From positions 288,001-352,000 of the forward strand of contig CAVYRH010000005.1 in NCBI GenBank assembly GCA_963770835.1: a DNA stretch of 64,000 bases, in the 5' to 3' direction. The first letter of the stretch is position 1. Each line of letters opens with the position of its first letter. Made by a program: the position numbers and the translations under genes. Positions 30,249 through 39,175 of the stretch are shown here, piece after piece. This stretch comes from an uncultured Pseudomonadota bacterium (lineage in GTDB: Bacteria; Oederibacteriota; Muellerivitia; Muellerivitales; Muellerivitaceae). The notes beneath the pieces are model-generated. The model worked only from the letters and a program-made list of their open reading frames with translations, was not told where the DNA came from and searched no databases.

Positions 30249-30971
30249 ATGGTGAGGAAACCTATTTGGGGGTTGATGATCTCTTGCGTGGCCTTGACCG
30301 GGGTAATTCTAACGGGCTGTATCAAAAAAATCAGCAGTCCTACCGCGCCCCAACCTCCCGCAACCGCCACGGTTGCTTTCACTTCAACCACTACCGCTTC
30401 CAACCAAACGCCCACCGCCACGCCAACGCTCACGGTGTTCAACACCTTTACGCCGACCCCTTGCGTGACGAATACGCCCACGACCGATCCGGGAACCAGC
30501 ACTCCCTCAGCCACGCCGACGCCTTGCGTCACCAACACGCCTGTGGCGACGAACACCTTTACGCCCACGCCCTGCGTCACCGACACGCCTGTTTCGACGA
30601 ACAGTTTCACCCCAACGAACACCACCTCGATCCAGACTCCCACGGCCACGCCGACCCCTTGCGTCACCGATACGCCCGTGGCGACGAAAACCTCCACCCC
30701 GACCTTAACACCCAACGCAACCAATACTCCCACCCACACTGCCACCAACACACCGTCCTCGACCCCCACGGTTACGGGAACTTGGTACACCTCAACCCCC
30801 ACGAATAGTCCCACACCCCGGTTCACGGCCACTCTTTGCATACCCTGCTCTTGGACCCCGTCCGGAACCATCACGCCGGCGGCGACGAATACGCCGACGG
30901 GTTCCTATACCCCCACCAATACCCCCACCCCAACGGGAACCTGGTTTACTCCAACCCCCACTCCGACTTGA
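30249..30971 (+). CDS. Lipoprotein composed almost entirely of Thr/Pro repeats (TPTPCVT)
   Basis: Lipobox LTGC, four TPTPCVT units, no globular domain evident. Confidence 0.7.
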   Translation: MVRKPIWGLMISCVALTGVILTGCIKKISSPTAPQPPATATVAFTSTTTASNQTPTATPTLTVFNTFTPTPCVTNTPTTDPGTSTPSATPTPCVTNTPVATNTFTPTPCVTDTPVSTNSFTPTNTTSIQTPTATPTPCVTDTPVATKTSTPTLTPNATNTPTHTATNTPSSTPTVTGTWYTSTPTNSPTPRFTATLCIPCSWTPSGTITPAATNTPTGSYTPTNTPTPTGTWFTPTPTPT

Positions 30972-30994
30972 TTCGCCATCGAATCCGTTTTGCC

Positions 30995-31030
30995 AAGCCC
31001 CACCCGGGGGTTCCCGGATGGGGCTTTTTT
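30995..31030 (+). terminator. Rho-independent terminator
   Basis: AAGCCCCA-CCCGGG...CCCGGA-TGGGGCTT hairpin followed by a T-run. Confidence 0.7.
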
Positions 31031-31034
31031 ATTT

Positions 31035-31217
31035 CGGAACTATGCACTAGACGTACTTTGCAGTAAAAACCCTCGCCCCTTGGGGGAGAGGGTAGGGTGA
31101 GGGGTGTCATTAGTCGTCAAATTCACCCTCATCCCAGCCTTCTCCCCTCAAGGGAGAAGGTGAAAATAGCAGCCAACAGGTTTTGCTTGTAAATGGTACG
31201 CCAAGTGCATAGTTCCG
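31035..31217. mobile_element. MITE (183 bp) with internal REP-like palindromes
   Basis: 22-bp terminal IRs CGGAACTATGCACTAGACGTAC / GTACGCCAAGTGCATAGTTCCG (2 mismatches), 8-bp duplication TTTTATTT. Confidence 0.85.
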
Positions 31218-31236
31218 TTTTATTTCATGTCAAAAT

Positions 31237-31264
31237 CGTCAATGGTGGGGACCCGCCATGGTCA
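31237..31264 (+). repeat. Array site S8 (divergent arms, conserved spacer)
   Basis: CGTCAATGGTG-GGGACC-CGCCATGGTCA. Confidence 0.6.
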
Positions 31265-31355
31265 AAGCGAGGCAAAACTTTTAACATTTCCGCAACCCCC
31301 TATTCCCGCCTGAGTTTATAATCCCGCTTCGTTTAATCCATTCAAGGCTATCGAA

Positions 31356-33296
31356 ATGCGCTACTGGCTCTTCGCCCTCTTTGTCATGATTAGCCGCTTC
31401 GCTTCCTCCCAGGAAACCGCCACCCCCACTCCCGCACCCAGTTCGAGCCCTACCCCGGGTTTCTACCAGATGAATGAAGTGGTCGTTTACGGGCAACAAT
31501 TGGGAAATAAAATTCTGGAAGGGCCGGACCTGGAAACCTTGGAAGCCGACGGACGCCTGGGGGATCTGCTGGGGGAACTGCCCTCCCTCGAATCCCAGGG
31601 CCTGGGCGGGGCCAAAAGTTTCAGCAACCCCTCGGTGCGGGGAGGGGATACGAACCAGACCGTGATTCTCCTGAACGGGCAAAGGGTGAACCAGGGTTTC
31701 GACCTGGGCACCCTGCCCACCGACGACATTCAAAGCATCGAGCTCATCAAGGGGCCGGGCGCGCTGGCCTATGCCCCCGATGCCACGGGCGGGGTCTTGA
31801 ACATCGTCACGCAAAACGGGGAATCCAAGGGGTTGCTGGGCGCCTCCACCGGCGACTTTGGCACCTACCAATTGCGCGCCGCCACCGGCACCTGGAAAGC
31901 CGGGCCCTGGAAAGCCGGGCCCTGGAAAGCCGGGCCCTGGGAAGCTTCCCTGGGGGGCAACTGGGACCAAACGAACGGCTATGCCGTCAACACCGACCAG
32001 GCCTCCGGCGAGCTGGATCATACCTCGCTCTTCCACTTGGGGGCGGGCCAACTGACCCTGACGGCCCAATACACCTACCGCAATGGCGGGGCCCCCAACG
32101 GCGACAGCCTGGCGGCGCAGGATATCGGCGAATTCGATACCGACGACCGGGGCGAAAAGCAAACCTTCACGGCGGCCCTCCAGGATGAACACCCGCTGGG
32201 CGACTGGGTCCTCGACAGCTCCTTTTCCTACAACTACGCCTATGTCTACCGCTTAAGCCCCCTGCAGGCGGACAACGCGGCGGGGGTCCCTCCCGTGGAC
32301 TTGAACAACTACGATACCTTCGACGGGGCCGCCTCGGCTTCCCTGAAACAGGAAGGCTGGGGCCTGACCCTGGGGCTGGAATTCCGCTCGGAGCAGGTGC
32401 AAGGCACCGAGGGCCTGGACAACGGGGGCACCCGGGAGAATAACGTGCTCTCCCTGGACGCGCGGGGCAGCCTCCGTCTCGCCCCCTCCCTGACGCTCGA
32501 TTGGAGCGGCCGGGTCGACTCTTTCACCGACTACAACACCACGGTTTTCAATCCCGAGGGGACGATCCGCTACGAGTGGGAGCCGGGCCTTTCCCTCTAC
32601 GCCGAGGCGAGCACGGGATACCGCCGGGCGGATTTCGACGAGCTTTACCACCCCAACATCCCCTTCGCCCCCGGCGGTCCCCAGGAATTCGGGGCGGGGG
32701 AAACGGGCAATCCCAACCTGCTTCCGGAAAGCTCGGTCAATGGGGAAGTGGGGGCGAATATGGCCTGGAAAAACCTGGCTTTCCAGGCGGATGGTTTCGC
32801 CGATTTTTATTCCAACCTCATCACCCCGGCACAGGACGGCAACGGGTTCTGGACCTTCGAAAACATCAGCCAAGCCCTTTTGCTCGGGGTCGAGGCAGAT
32901 TTGCGGTGGAGCCTGGCGCCCTGGTTTTCCCCCTACGGAAACTTTCTCTATGTCGATTCCCAGGACCAGCAAACCCAGCAGCCCATCCCCGACCGGTTGA
33001 AGGATAAATTCACAACTGGATTCCGGTCCGAAATCGCACCTGGAGTCGAATAGAACCTGTACACCCAATATGTGGAACATAATCCGGTCCTCTACCAGGG
33101 CGCCTATGATGAGGAAACACCCCTCATCACCACCCTCTCCTATTGGATCTGGAACACGGAATTCAGTGTCCGGGTCGATTCCGGCCTCAAGCTTTTCCTT
33201 AACGGCACCAACCTCTTTAACCGGTACTACGACACCCTCCAGGGCTTACCCATGCCCGGGCGCTACGTCGAGGCGGGAACAACTTGGGGGTTTTAA
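31356..33296 (+). pseudogene. TonB-dependent receptor (BtuB-like) with in-frame TAG at 33051-33053
   Basis: EVVVYG TonB-box-like motif, plug domain (SVRGG...IQSIELIKGPG...GGVLNIVT), GNPNLLPE. The same frame continues after TAG to NLFNRYY...PGRYVEAGTTWGF. Confidence 0.8.
31891..31940 (+). repeat. 15-bp tandem repeat (3.3 copies) inside the TonB receptor
   Basis: CCTGGAAAGCCGGGC x3, encoding WKAGP x3. Confidence 0.9.
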
Positions 33297-33315
33297 ATCG
33301 GAAGGAAATGGGTTC

Positions 33316-33343
33316 CGTCCACGACGGGGACCCGCATTGGTAG
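33316..33343 (+). repeat. Array site S9
   Basis: CGTCCACGACG-GGGACC-CGCATTGGTAG, 19 bp after the receptor stop. Confidence 0.8.
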
Positions 33344-33585
33344 GGCATCTTCCCAACAACCTTCATTTGTGATCTTCACGCCCCTCGGTTAAACTAACCA
33401 TCTTCTGTTCCACGGGCGGTCATTTAAATGCAAATTTTTTAGGATTTTAGAATGAAAAAAGTTTACGGTGATATCCGATCCATTTTAGTGTTGGGGCCTG
33501 CATCTGCTTTTCTTTTCTATATGTATATTGAAAAACAAACGTCTTTGTATCTTTTTTTAGTTTGGTTTTTCTTTTTTTTAAATGC

Positions 33586-34640
33586 GCCGAATTCACGGAG
33601 TAAGTGCAACACTTCGCCGGAAGACTTCCGCCGGAGTTTGAAAGCCCAGACACTTCTTAGGCCTGTTATTGAGGGACCTTTCGATTGCCTTGAGCTTCTT
33701 GGAGGACACTTTAGCAAGGTCAGTCTTTTTTGGCAAATAGCGGCGAACAAGACCAATGATATTTTCCACGGAACCTTTTTCCCAACTGTGGAAAGGAGCG
33801 CAGAAAAAGGATTTTGTACCAAGGACTTGATTGGTTTCCAGATGGTTGGTGTTTTCGGTTCCATTGTCATAGGTCAGACTCAGGCGAGCCTGTTGCGGGA
33901 AGCGGCTTAAAGTACGGTTAAGGCTATGACTCATTTGGAGAGCTGTCTTTCGTTTGAGCTTTCCCAGCTTGGAGAACCGGCTTTGACGCTCGACGAGAGC
34001 GCGTACAGCAGCCTTACTTTGACGGGAAACCATAGTGTCCGTTTCCCAATGGCCAAACTGCTTGCGATGCTTGACGGTCTCTGGTCTCTTGTCGATGGAA
34101 ACACGGCCTGGGATATGGCTTTTGGCGTGCCTGTGGCTGTGACCAAAGGCGAGCCGCCGCCGGTGGTGACGGACCAGGCAAGGAATCAGATCAGTGGCCT
34201 CAGCGTAAATCCACTGGTAGATGGCTTCGGGACCAATGGTTTGCTTAGGCCGCAGGTGGCCTAAACGGCCTGAAATGAGTTCGGGAGACCAACCGCGTTT
34301 CAATTGGCGACGGACGTAGGCACGAATTCGTTTTGTTTTCAGGCGTAAACGACGAGCCCGTTGTTGGTTACGGGCCACATACCGTTGATGGGCCCGATGG
34401 GAAAGATAGTAACCAGAACGGATGGGGGGAGCGTTGCGCTTGAGTTCCCTGGAGAGGGTGGAAGGAGACCTCTTCAAGGCGCGGGAGATGGCCCGAAGGC
34501 TAAGGCCTTTTCCCTTCAAGACGGATAAATGATCTCTTTCCTCAACACTTAAATGCTTGTAGTTCTTTTTCATGGCCGCATATCCTATGGATGCGGCCTT
34601 CTTCAGGCACTAAGTGTTGCACTTACTAATGGAACTCGGG
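33586..34640 (-). mobile_element. IS30-family insertion sequence
   Basis: Imperfect IRs CCGAATTCACGGAGTAAGTGCAACACTT / AAGTGTTGCACTTACTAATGGAACTCGG, TGC duplication. Confidence 0.9.
33593..34573 (-). CDS. IS30-family transposase
   Basis: YKHLSVEER HTH, WSPELIS, GHWETDT, TYDNGTE, SWEKGSVEN, LNNRPKKCLGFQTP. Confidence 0.95.
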   Translation of the reverse strand: MKKNYKHLSVEERDHLSVLKGKGLSLRAISRALKRSPSTLSRELKRNAPPIRSGYYLSHRAHQRYVARNQQRARRLRLKTKRIRAYVRRQLKRGWSPELISGRLGHLRPKQTIGPEAIYQWIYAEATDLIPCLVRHHRRRLAFGHSHRHAKSHIPGRVSIDKRPETVKHRKQFGHWETDTMVSRQSKAAVRALVERQSRFSKLGKLKRKTALQMSHSLNRTLSRFPQQARLSLTYDNGTENTNHLETNQVLGTKSFFCAPFHSWEKGSVENIIGLVRRYLPKKTDLAKVSSKKLKAIERSLNNRPKKCLGFQTPAEVFRRSVALTP

Positions 34641-35014
34641 TGCTTTATTTTTTTATTTTTTTTCTTTTTGGTCTTACAACGCGAAGGGTTTTAAAACCAA
34701 CTTAATAAAAACGAATGAGTATAGTTGGAGTGACGTGAAACAAATAAATTCCTTAAAATATTCAAATTTTGTTGTGATCGTGACGAAAGATAACTTCGTG
34801 CTTATTTTAACCGCTTCTTTTACCCGTCAATATTTCAAGGTTTTGGCGGATGTTGTTAAGTGTGTCCAAAAAAACAACCCATATGCCTTTATCCCTCCAA
34901 CGCTACTAAAAAAATTAAAAAAACCGCCAAAATTTTACATCTTCTGAGGCCCCAATATTAACCGAATGGTTTTGTTACAATGGCGTAGTTAAAAAGCGCG
35001 GGGAAGGCACTTCA

Positions 35015-35200
35015 ATGATTGTAACTAAAAGTCAAGTAGCGGAGATGGTTAAAGACCTGCCGGAGAAGGTGGATTTGGACGATCTGATGTACCGTCTTTA
35101 TCTCCTCAAAAAGATCGAAAAAGGTGAAGCGGACATCCGGGCAAAACGTACGATTTCGCATGAAGACTTGTTAAAGAAAATCAAAATAAAGAACCGTTAA
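35015..35200 (+). CDS. Small antitoxin-like protein with no adjacent toxin
   Basis: 61 aa, LPEKVDLDDLMYRLY...KIEKGEADIRAKRTISHED resembles antitoxins found upstream of RelE/ParE toxins. Confidence 0.5.
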   Translation: MIVTKSQVAEMVKDLPEKVDLDDLMYRLYLLKKIEKGEADIRAKRTISHEDLLKKIKIKNR

Positions 35201-35204
35201 AACC

Positions 35205-36272
35205 ATGAACTACCACATCGTCGTTCTGGCCGGGGACGGCATCGGGCCGGAGATCTGCAAGGAATCAAAGAAAATCCTCAACCGGGTCGGGGAAGTGTTC
35301 GGGCACAAGTTCGAATACGAAGCCCAGGACGCGGGCGGGATCGCCATCGACAAATACGATACCCCCCTGCCGGACCATACCCTAAAGGCCTGCCAGGCCG
35401 CCCAGGCGGTTTTGAAGGCCCCCATGGGTGGGCCTAAGTGGGACAAGATCGAAAACAAAAAGCGCCCGGAAGCGGGCATATTGGGCCTCCGCAAGGGACT
35501 GGACCTTTACGCCAACCTGCGGCCCGTGAAACTTTTCGACGCCCTTAAAGATGCTTCGACCCTTAAACCGGAAATCATCGATGGGGTGGATATGCTCATC
35601 GTGCGGGAACTGATTTCCGGCATTTACTTCGGCGAACCCCGGGGCATCCACGGGGAAGGGAAGGACCGTTACGGGGTCAATACCGAAATCTACAGGACTC
35701 CCGAGGTGGAACGCATCGTGGGGCTGGCTTTCGGGCTGGCCAAGCTTCGCCGGAAAAAAGTCACCAGCGTGGACAAGTTCAACGTGCTGGAATCCTCCCG
35801 CCTCTGGCACGACGTGGCCGAAGAGGTTTCCAAAAAGCACCCGGACGTGGCCTTCGAGCACCAAATCGTGGATAACGCCGCCATGCAGTTGATCTTGAAC
35901 CCCAAGCAGTTCGACGTGCTGGTGACCACCAATATGTTCGGCGATATCCTCTCCGATGAGGCCTCCATGCTGACGGGTTCCCTGGGGATGCTGCCCTCCG
36001 CCTCCTTGGGAGGGAAGGTTGGGCTTTTCGAGCCGTCCCATGGGTCGGCGCCGGATATCGCGGGGACGGGTAAGGCCAATCCACTGGCCATGATTTTATC
36101 CGTAGCCATGATGCTCCAATATGCCTTCAAGCGTCTAAAAGAGGCGGAGACGGTCGAGAAGGCGGTCGAGAAAGTGCTGAACGAAGGCCTGCGCACCGCA
36201 GACCTGGCCAAAAAGGCCGAAAAGGCTGTTTCCTGCAAGGAAATGGGCGACGCGGTTTGTAAGGCGATATAA
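35205..36272 (+). CDS. leuB: 3-isopropylmalate dehydrogenase
   Basis: [38 protein letters not shown]. Confidence 0.96.
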   Translation: MNYHIVVLAGDGIGPEICKESKKILNRVGEVFGHKFEYEAQDAGGIAIDKYDTPLPDHTLKACQAAQAVLKAPMGGPKWDKIENKKRPEAGILGLRKGLDLYANLRPVKLFDALKDASTLKPEIIDGVDMLIVRELISGIYFGEPRGIHGEGKDRYGVNTEIYRTPEVERIVGLAFGLAKLRRKKVTSVDKFNVLESSRLWHDVAEEVSKKHPDVAFEHQIVDNAAMQLILNPKQFDVLVTTNMFGDILSDEASMLTGSLGMLPSASLGGKVGLFEPSHGSAPDIAGTGKANPLAMILSVAMMLQYAFKRLKEAETVEKAVEKVLNEGLRTADLAKKAEKAVSCKEMGDAVCKAI

Positions 36273-36292
36273 CCACGAAGGCACTCAGGGTA

Positions 36293-37159
36293 TTGAGAAA
36301 AGCAAAGAGCAAGGATTTGAAAATCGTGAGCCGTCACTATCTTATTCTGTATTTCTTAGCCGCATATGGGCTGGCTGGTTCCCTCTGCGCCCAGGCCCTG
36401 AGACCTACTAATGCTCCCTCGGCCACGCCTTTCCTCCTCGCGGCCCTTTCCCCCACCAGTACCTTGCCGCCGGCGGCCACATTCACCCCGACCCCGACTT
36501 TGACAGCCACGGCCACCGGCACCCTTTCGCCCTCGCTGACCCCCACGCCCACCCTGACCCCCACTTCCACGGGCACCTCCACCTTTACCTCCACCTGGTC
36601 CTGGACTTTCACCGTGACGGTCACGCCCACGGGTACCCTTTCGCCTTCCCTCACCCCCACGCCCTCTTCCACTCCCACGAAAACCGGCACTCCCACTGGA
36701 ACACCCACCATCACCGACACTCCCACCATTACCCCCACGGGAACCCTGTCGCCTTCCCTGACGCCGACTCCCAGTTCCACTCCCACGGAGACCGTTACCA
36801 AAACGCCCACCCGAACCCCCACTTCAACCGCCACGGCCACTTCTACACCGGGTGTGTTCCAGTTCTCCGTTTCGCCCAAGCCAAATGAGAAGGGGGAGAT
36901 TCATTTCGCATGGGGAACCACCTTTCACGCGGACCAGGCTTATATAAGGGTTTATACCAGCGGTTTCCGCCTGGTTTGGGTGGAGAACTTTAATAAGAAT
37001 GAAAAACCGGAGTACCTCGATTCCGGTACCCATGAAACTACTTGGAACGGGCTGGACGACCAGGGGCGGCGGATGCCCCCCGGAACTTACCTATGCTTCA
37101 TTTCGGTGACCACTGGAAAGAAAACCTATGAAACCAGCGGCAAGACGGAAGTTCCATAA
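36293..37159 (+). CDS. Secreted Thr/Pro-rich protein with C-terminal FlgD-Ig-like domain
   Basis: Signal peptide, TPT repeats, VYTSGFRLV...[16 protein letters not shown]. Start may be GTG 36326. Confidence 0.65.
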   Translation: MRKAKSKDLKIVSRHYLILYFLAAYGLAGSLCAQALRPTNAPSATPFLLAALSPTSTLPPAATFTPTPTLTATATGTLSPSLTPTPTLTPTSTGTSTFTSTWSWTFTVTVTPTGTLSPSLTPTPSSTPTKTGTPTGTPTITDTPTITPTGTLSPSLTPTPSSTPTETVTKTPTRTPTSTATATSTPGVFQFSVSPKPNEKGEIHFAWGTTFHADQAYIRVYTSGFRLVWVENFNKNEKPEYLDSGTHETTWNGLDDQGRRMPPGTYLCFISVTTGKKTYETSGKTEVP

Positions 37160-37396
37160 GAGGGGCTTTTTGCCGTGAACCGGCGTCCTTTGCGGCATTG
37201 AAACTCATCTCGAATATGTTATTCTTTCCCTTCCCAAAAGGCGGTTCGCAGTCGGCAGTTGACGGTTCGCAGCTACGACTTAAAGGCAAAACGCCGCCGA
37301 TATAACCGTTTTGAGGTTTTTCCCGCGCGGATTTCACGGAAAGTTTAAAGTGGCGCATAGAAAGCGCCGTGTGACCGGTCCATAAGGAACAAGGAA

Positions 37397-38476
37397 ATGA
37401 AAAATAAAAAAGTCGCCGTCATCGGCGCCACGGGAGTGGCGGGCCAGCAATTCCTGGCCTCCCTTTCCGGGCATCCCTTTTTTGAGGTCGTGGCCCTGGC
37501 CGCCAGTGAGCGGTCGGCGGGCAAGGCCTTCAAGGACGCCATTACCGACGCCCATGGGGCCTTCCGTTGGTACTGCCAGGAGCCCTTGGACCCGGCTTTC
37601 GCCAAAATGAAAGTGGAGGACGCCTCCAAGCTGGACGCCTCCAAGGTGGACCTCATCTTCACGGCCGTGGAGTCGGACGCGGCCAAGGATTTGGAACCCC
37701 GTTACGCCAAGACCACTCCGGTGGTCTCGACAGCCTCGGCTTTCCGCTATGAGGAAGACGTGCCCATCTTCATCCCCGGCGTCAACCTGGACCATGACAA
37801 GCTGATCGCCGTCCAAAAAAAGAACCGCGGCTGGAAAGGCTTCGTCACCCCCGTTCCCAACTGTACGACTATGGGGCTCGCGATGACCCTCAAGCCCCTG
37901 CACGACGCCTTTGGCGTACTGCAGGTGATCATGACCTCCCTGCAGGCCTGCTCCGGCGCGGGGCGCTCACCCGGCGTCATCGCCTTGGATATCATCGACA
38001 ACGTGGTTCCCTATATCCCCAAGGAAGAGGAAAAGGTGGAAATGGAAACCCAGAAGATCCTGGGCACCATCGTGGGGGAGAAAGTGGCCCCCGCGCCCTT
38101 CCCGGTCTCCGCCACCTGCACCCGGGTTCCGGTGTTGGAAGCCCACACGGAGGCGGTTTATGTTTCCCTGGGGAAACACGCCACCGTGGACGACGTCAAA
38201 AAGGTAATGCGCGATTATGGAAAAGAATTCGTGGCGCACAAGTTTCCTTCCTGCCCGCCACACCTGATTGAAGTTTCGGACGATCCTTTCCGTCCCCAGC
38301 CCCGGCTGGACCGGGACAGGGAAGGGGGAATGGTGACTTCCGTGGGGCGCGTCCGGGCGGACCACGCCCTGCCCAACGGGATCAAATATATGCTGGTTTC
38401 GCATAACACCAAGATGGGCGCGGCCAAGGGCGGCATGTTGGTGGCGGAATATTTGACGCACCAAGGCCACATCTGA
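37397..38476 (+). CDS. asd: Aspartate-semialdehyde dehydrogenase
   Basis: GATGVAGQ, PNCTT catalytic Cys, SGAG, TCTRVPV, HNTKMGAA. Confidence 0.93.
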   Translation: MKNKKVAVIGATGVAGQQFLASLSGHPFFEVVALAASERSAGKAFKDAITDAHGAFRWYCQEPLDPAFAKMKVEDASKLDASKVDLIFTAVESDAAKDLEPRYAKTTPVVSTASAFRYEEDVPIFIPGVNLDHDKLIAVQKKNRGWKGFVTPVPNCTTMGLAMTLKPLHDAFGVLQVIMTSLQACSGAGRSPGVIALDIIDNVVPYIPKEEEKVEMETQKILGTIVGEKVAPAPFPVSATCTRVPVLEAHTEAVYVSLGKHATVDDVKKVMRDYGKEFVAHKFPSCPPHLIEVSDDPFRPQPRLDRDREGGMVTSVGRVRADHALPNGIKYMLVSHNTKMGAAKGGMLVAEYLTHQGHI

Positions 38477-38579
38477 CGACAGTTGACAGTCGACAGTCCA
38501 CGGTTGACAGCTTAGCTTAAAGGCCGCTGGCTAGTGGTTGACGACCGTGAGCTGACTTTAATCTTTAAGGAGAGAAGCC

Positions 38580-39092
38580 ATGCAGGAGAGAAAAGGCGTT
38601 GTTACGTTTAAGGGAGGGCCTTTGACGCTGATCGGCCCCGATATCAAAGTGGGGGATAAGGCCCCCAATTTCAAAGTTTTGACCAACAGCTTGGGCGAGG
38701 TCACCCTGGACAACTTCAAGGGGAAGACTCTCATCCTTTCCGTGGCGCCTTCGCTGGACACGGGTGTTTGCTCGGCGCAAACCCACCGGTTCAACGAGGA
38801 AGCGGCCAAATTGCCGGCCTCCGTGGAGATCCTCACCATCTCGGCGGACCTGCCCTTCGCCCAGAGCCGCTTTTGCGGGGCGGAAAACATCAAGATCCAG
38901 ACCCTGTCGGACCACCGGGAAATGTCCTTCGGCGACGCCTATGGGACCCACATCAAGGAGCTGCGCCTGGAGGCCCGGGCCCTGTTCGTGGTGGGGAAAG
39001 ATGGTAAAATCAAGCACGTTGAATACGTGAAGGAAGCCACCACCCATCCGGATTATGACAAGGCGCTTGCGGCCGCCAAGGCCGACGCTTAA
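38580..39092 (+). CDS. tpx: Thiol peroxidase
   Basis: PSLDTGVC, ISADLPFAQSRFC. Confidence 0.95.
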   Translation: MQERKGVVTFKGGPLTLIGPDIKVGDKAPNFKVLTNSLGEVTLDNFKGKTLILSVAPSLDTGVCSAQTHRFNEEAAKLPASVEILTISADLPFAQSRFCGAENIKIQTLSDHREMSFGDAYGTHIKELRLEARALFVVGKDGKIKHVEYVKEATTHPDYDKALAAAKADA

Positions 39093-39175
39093 CCGCAACC
39101 GGCACAAAGGTTCCCAACCGCCGGTTGGCGGCTGGGAACCGATAGCCGGCAGCTCTATTTAAGGAATCCCCTAAA

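Larger units (their letters stand above)
33452..34947 (+). pseudogene. AT-rich small membrane protein interrupted by IS30
   Basis: Removing the IS and one TGC copy restores the frame: ...FFFFLNA|LFFYFFSFWSYNAKGFKTNLIKTNEYSWSDVKQI...YIF. Confidence 0.75.

Noticed and set aside
33051..33053. Pyrrolysine or stop-codon reassignment
   Set aside because: TAG terminates several ordinary genes in the window and no pyl genes are visible.
17929..33343. CRISPR array interpretation of the 28-bp repeats
   Set aside because: Intervals are 0.4-6.4 kb and contain whole genes; no cas genes; repeats too divergent.
17929..33343. Classical integron attC or canonical dif/pdif sites
   Set aside because: No RYYYAAC...GTTRRRY boxes, too short for attC, and GC-rich with no similarity to canonical XerC/XerD arms; no intI in the window.
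17929..33343. Rho-independent terminators or tRNA-end att duplications
   Set aside because: No T-tracts follow the sites, the right arms often pair poorly, and no tRNA-like sequence is recognisable on either strand. A TF operator is not fully excluded.
38496..38503. GTCCACGG as a tenth array site
   Set aside because: No GGGACC spacer or right arm; it is part of a 7-mer repeat tract.
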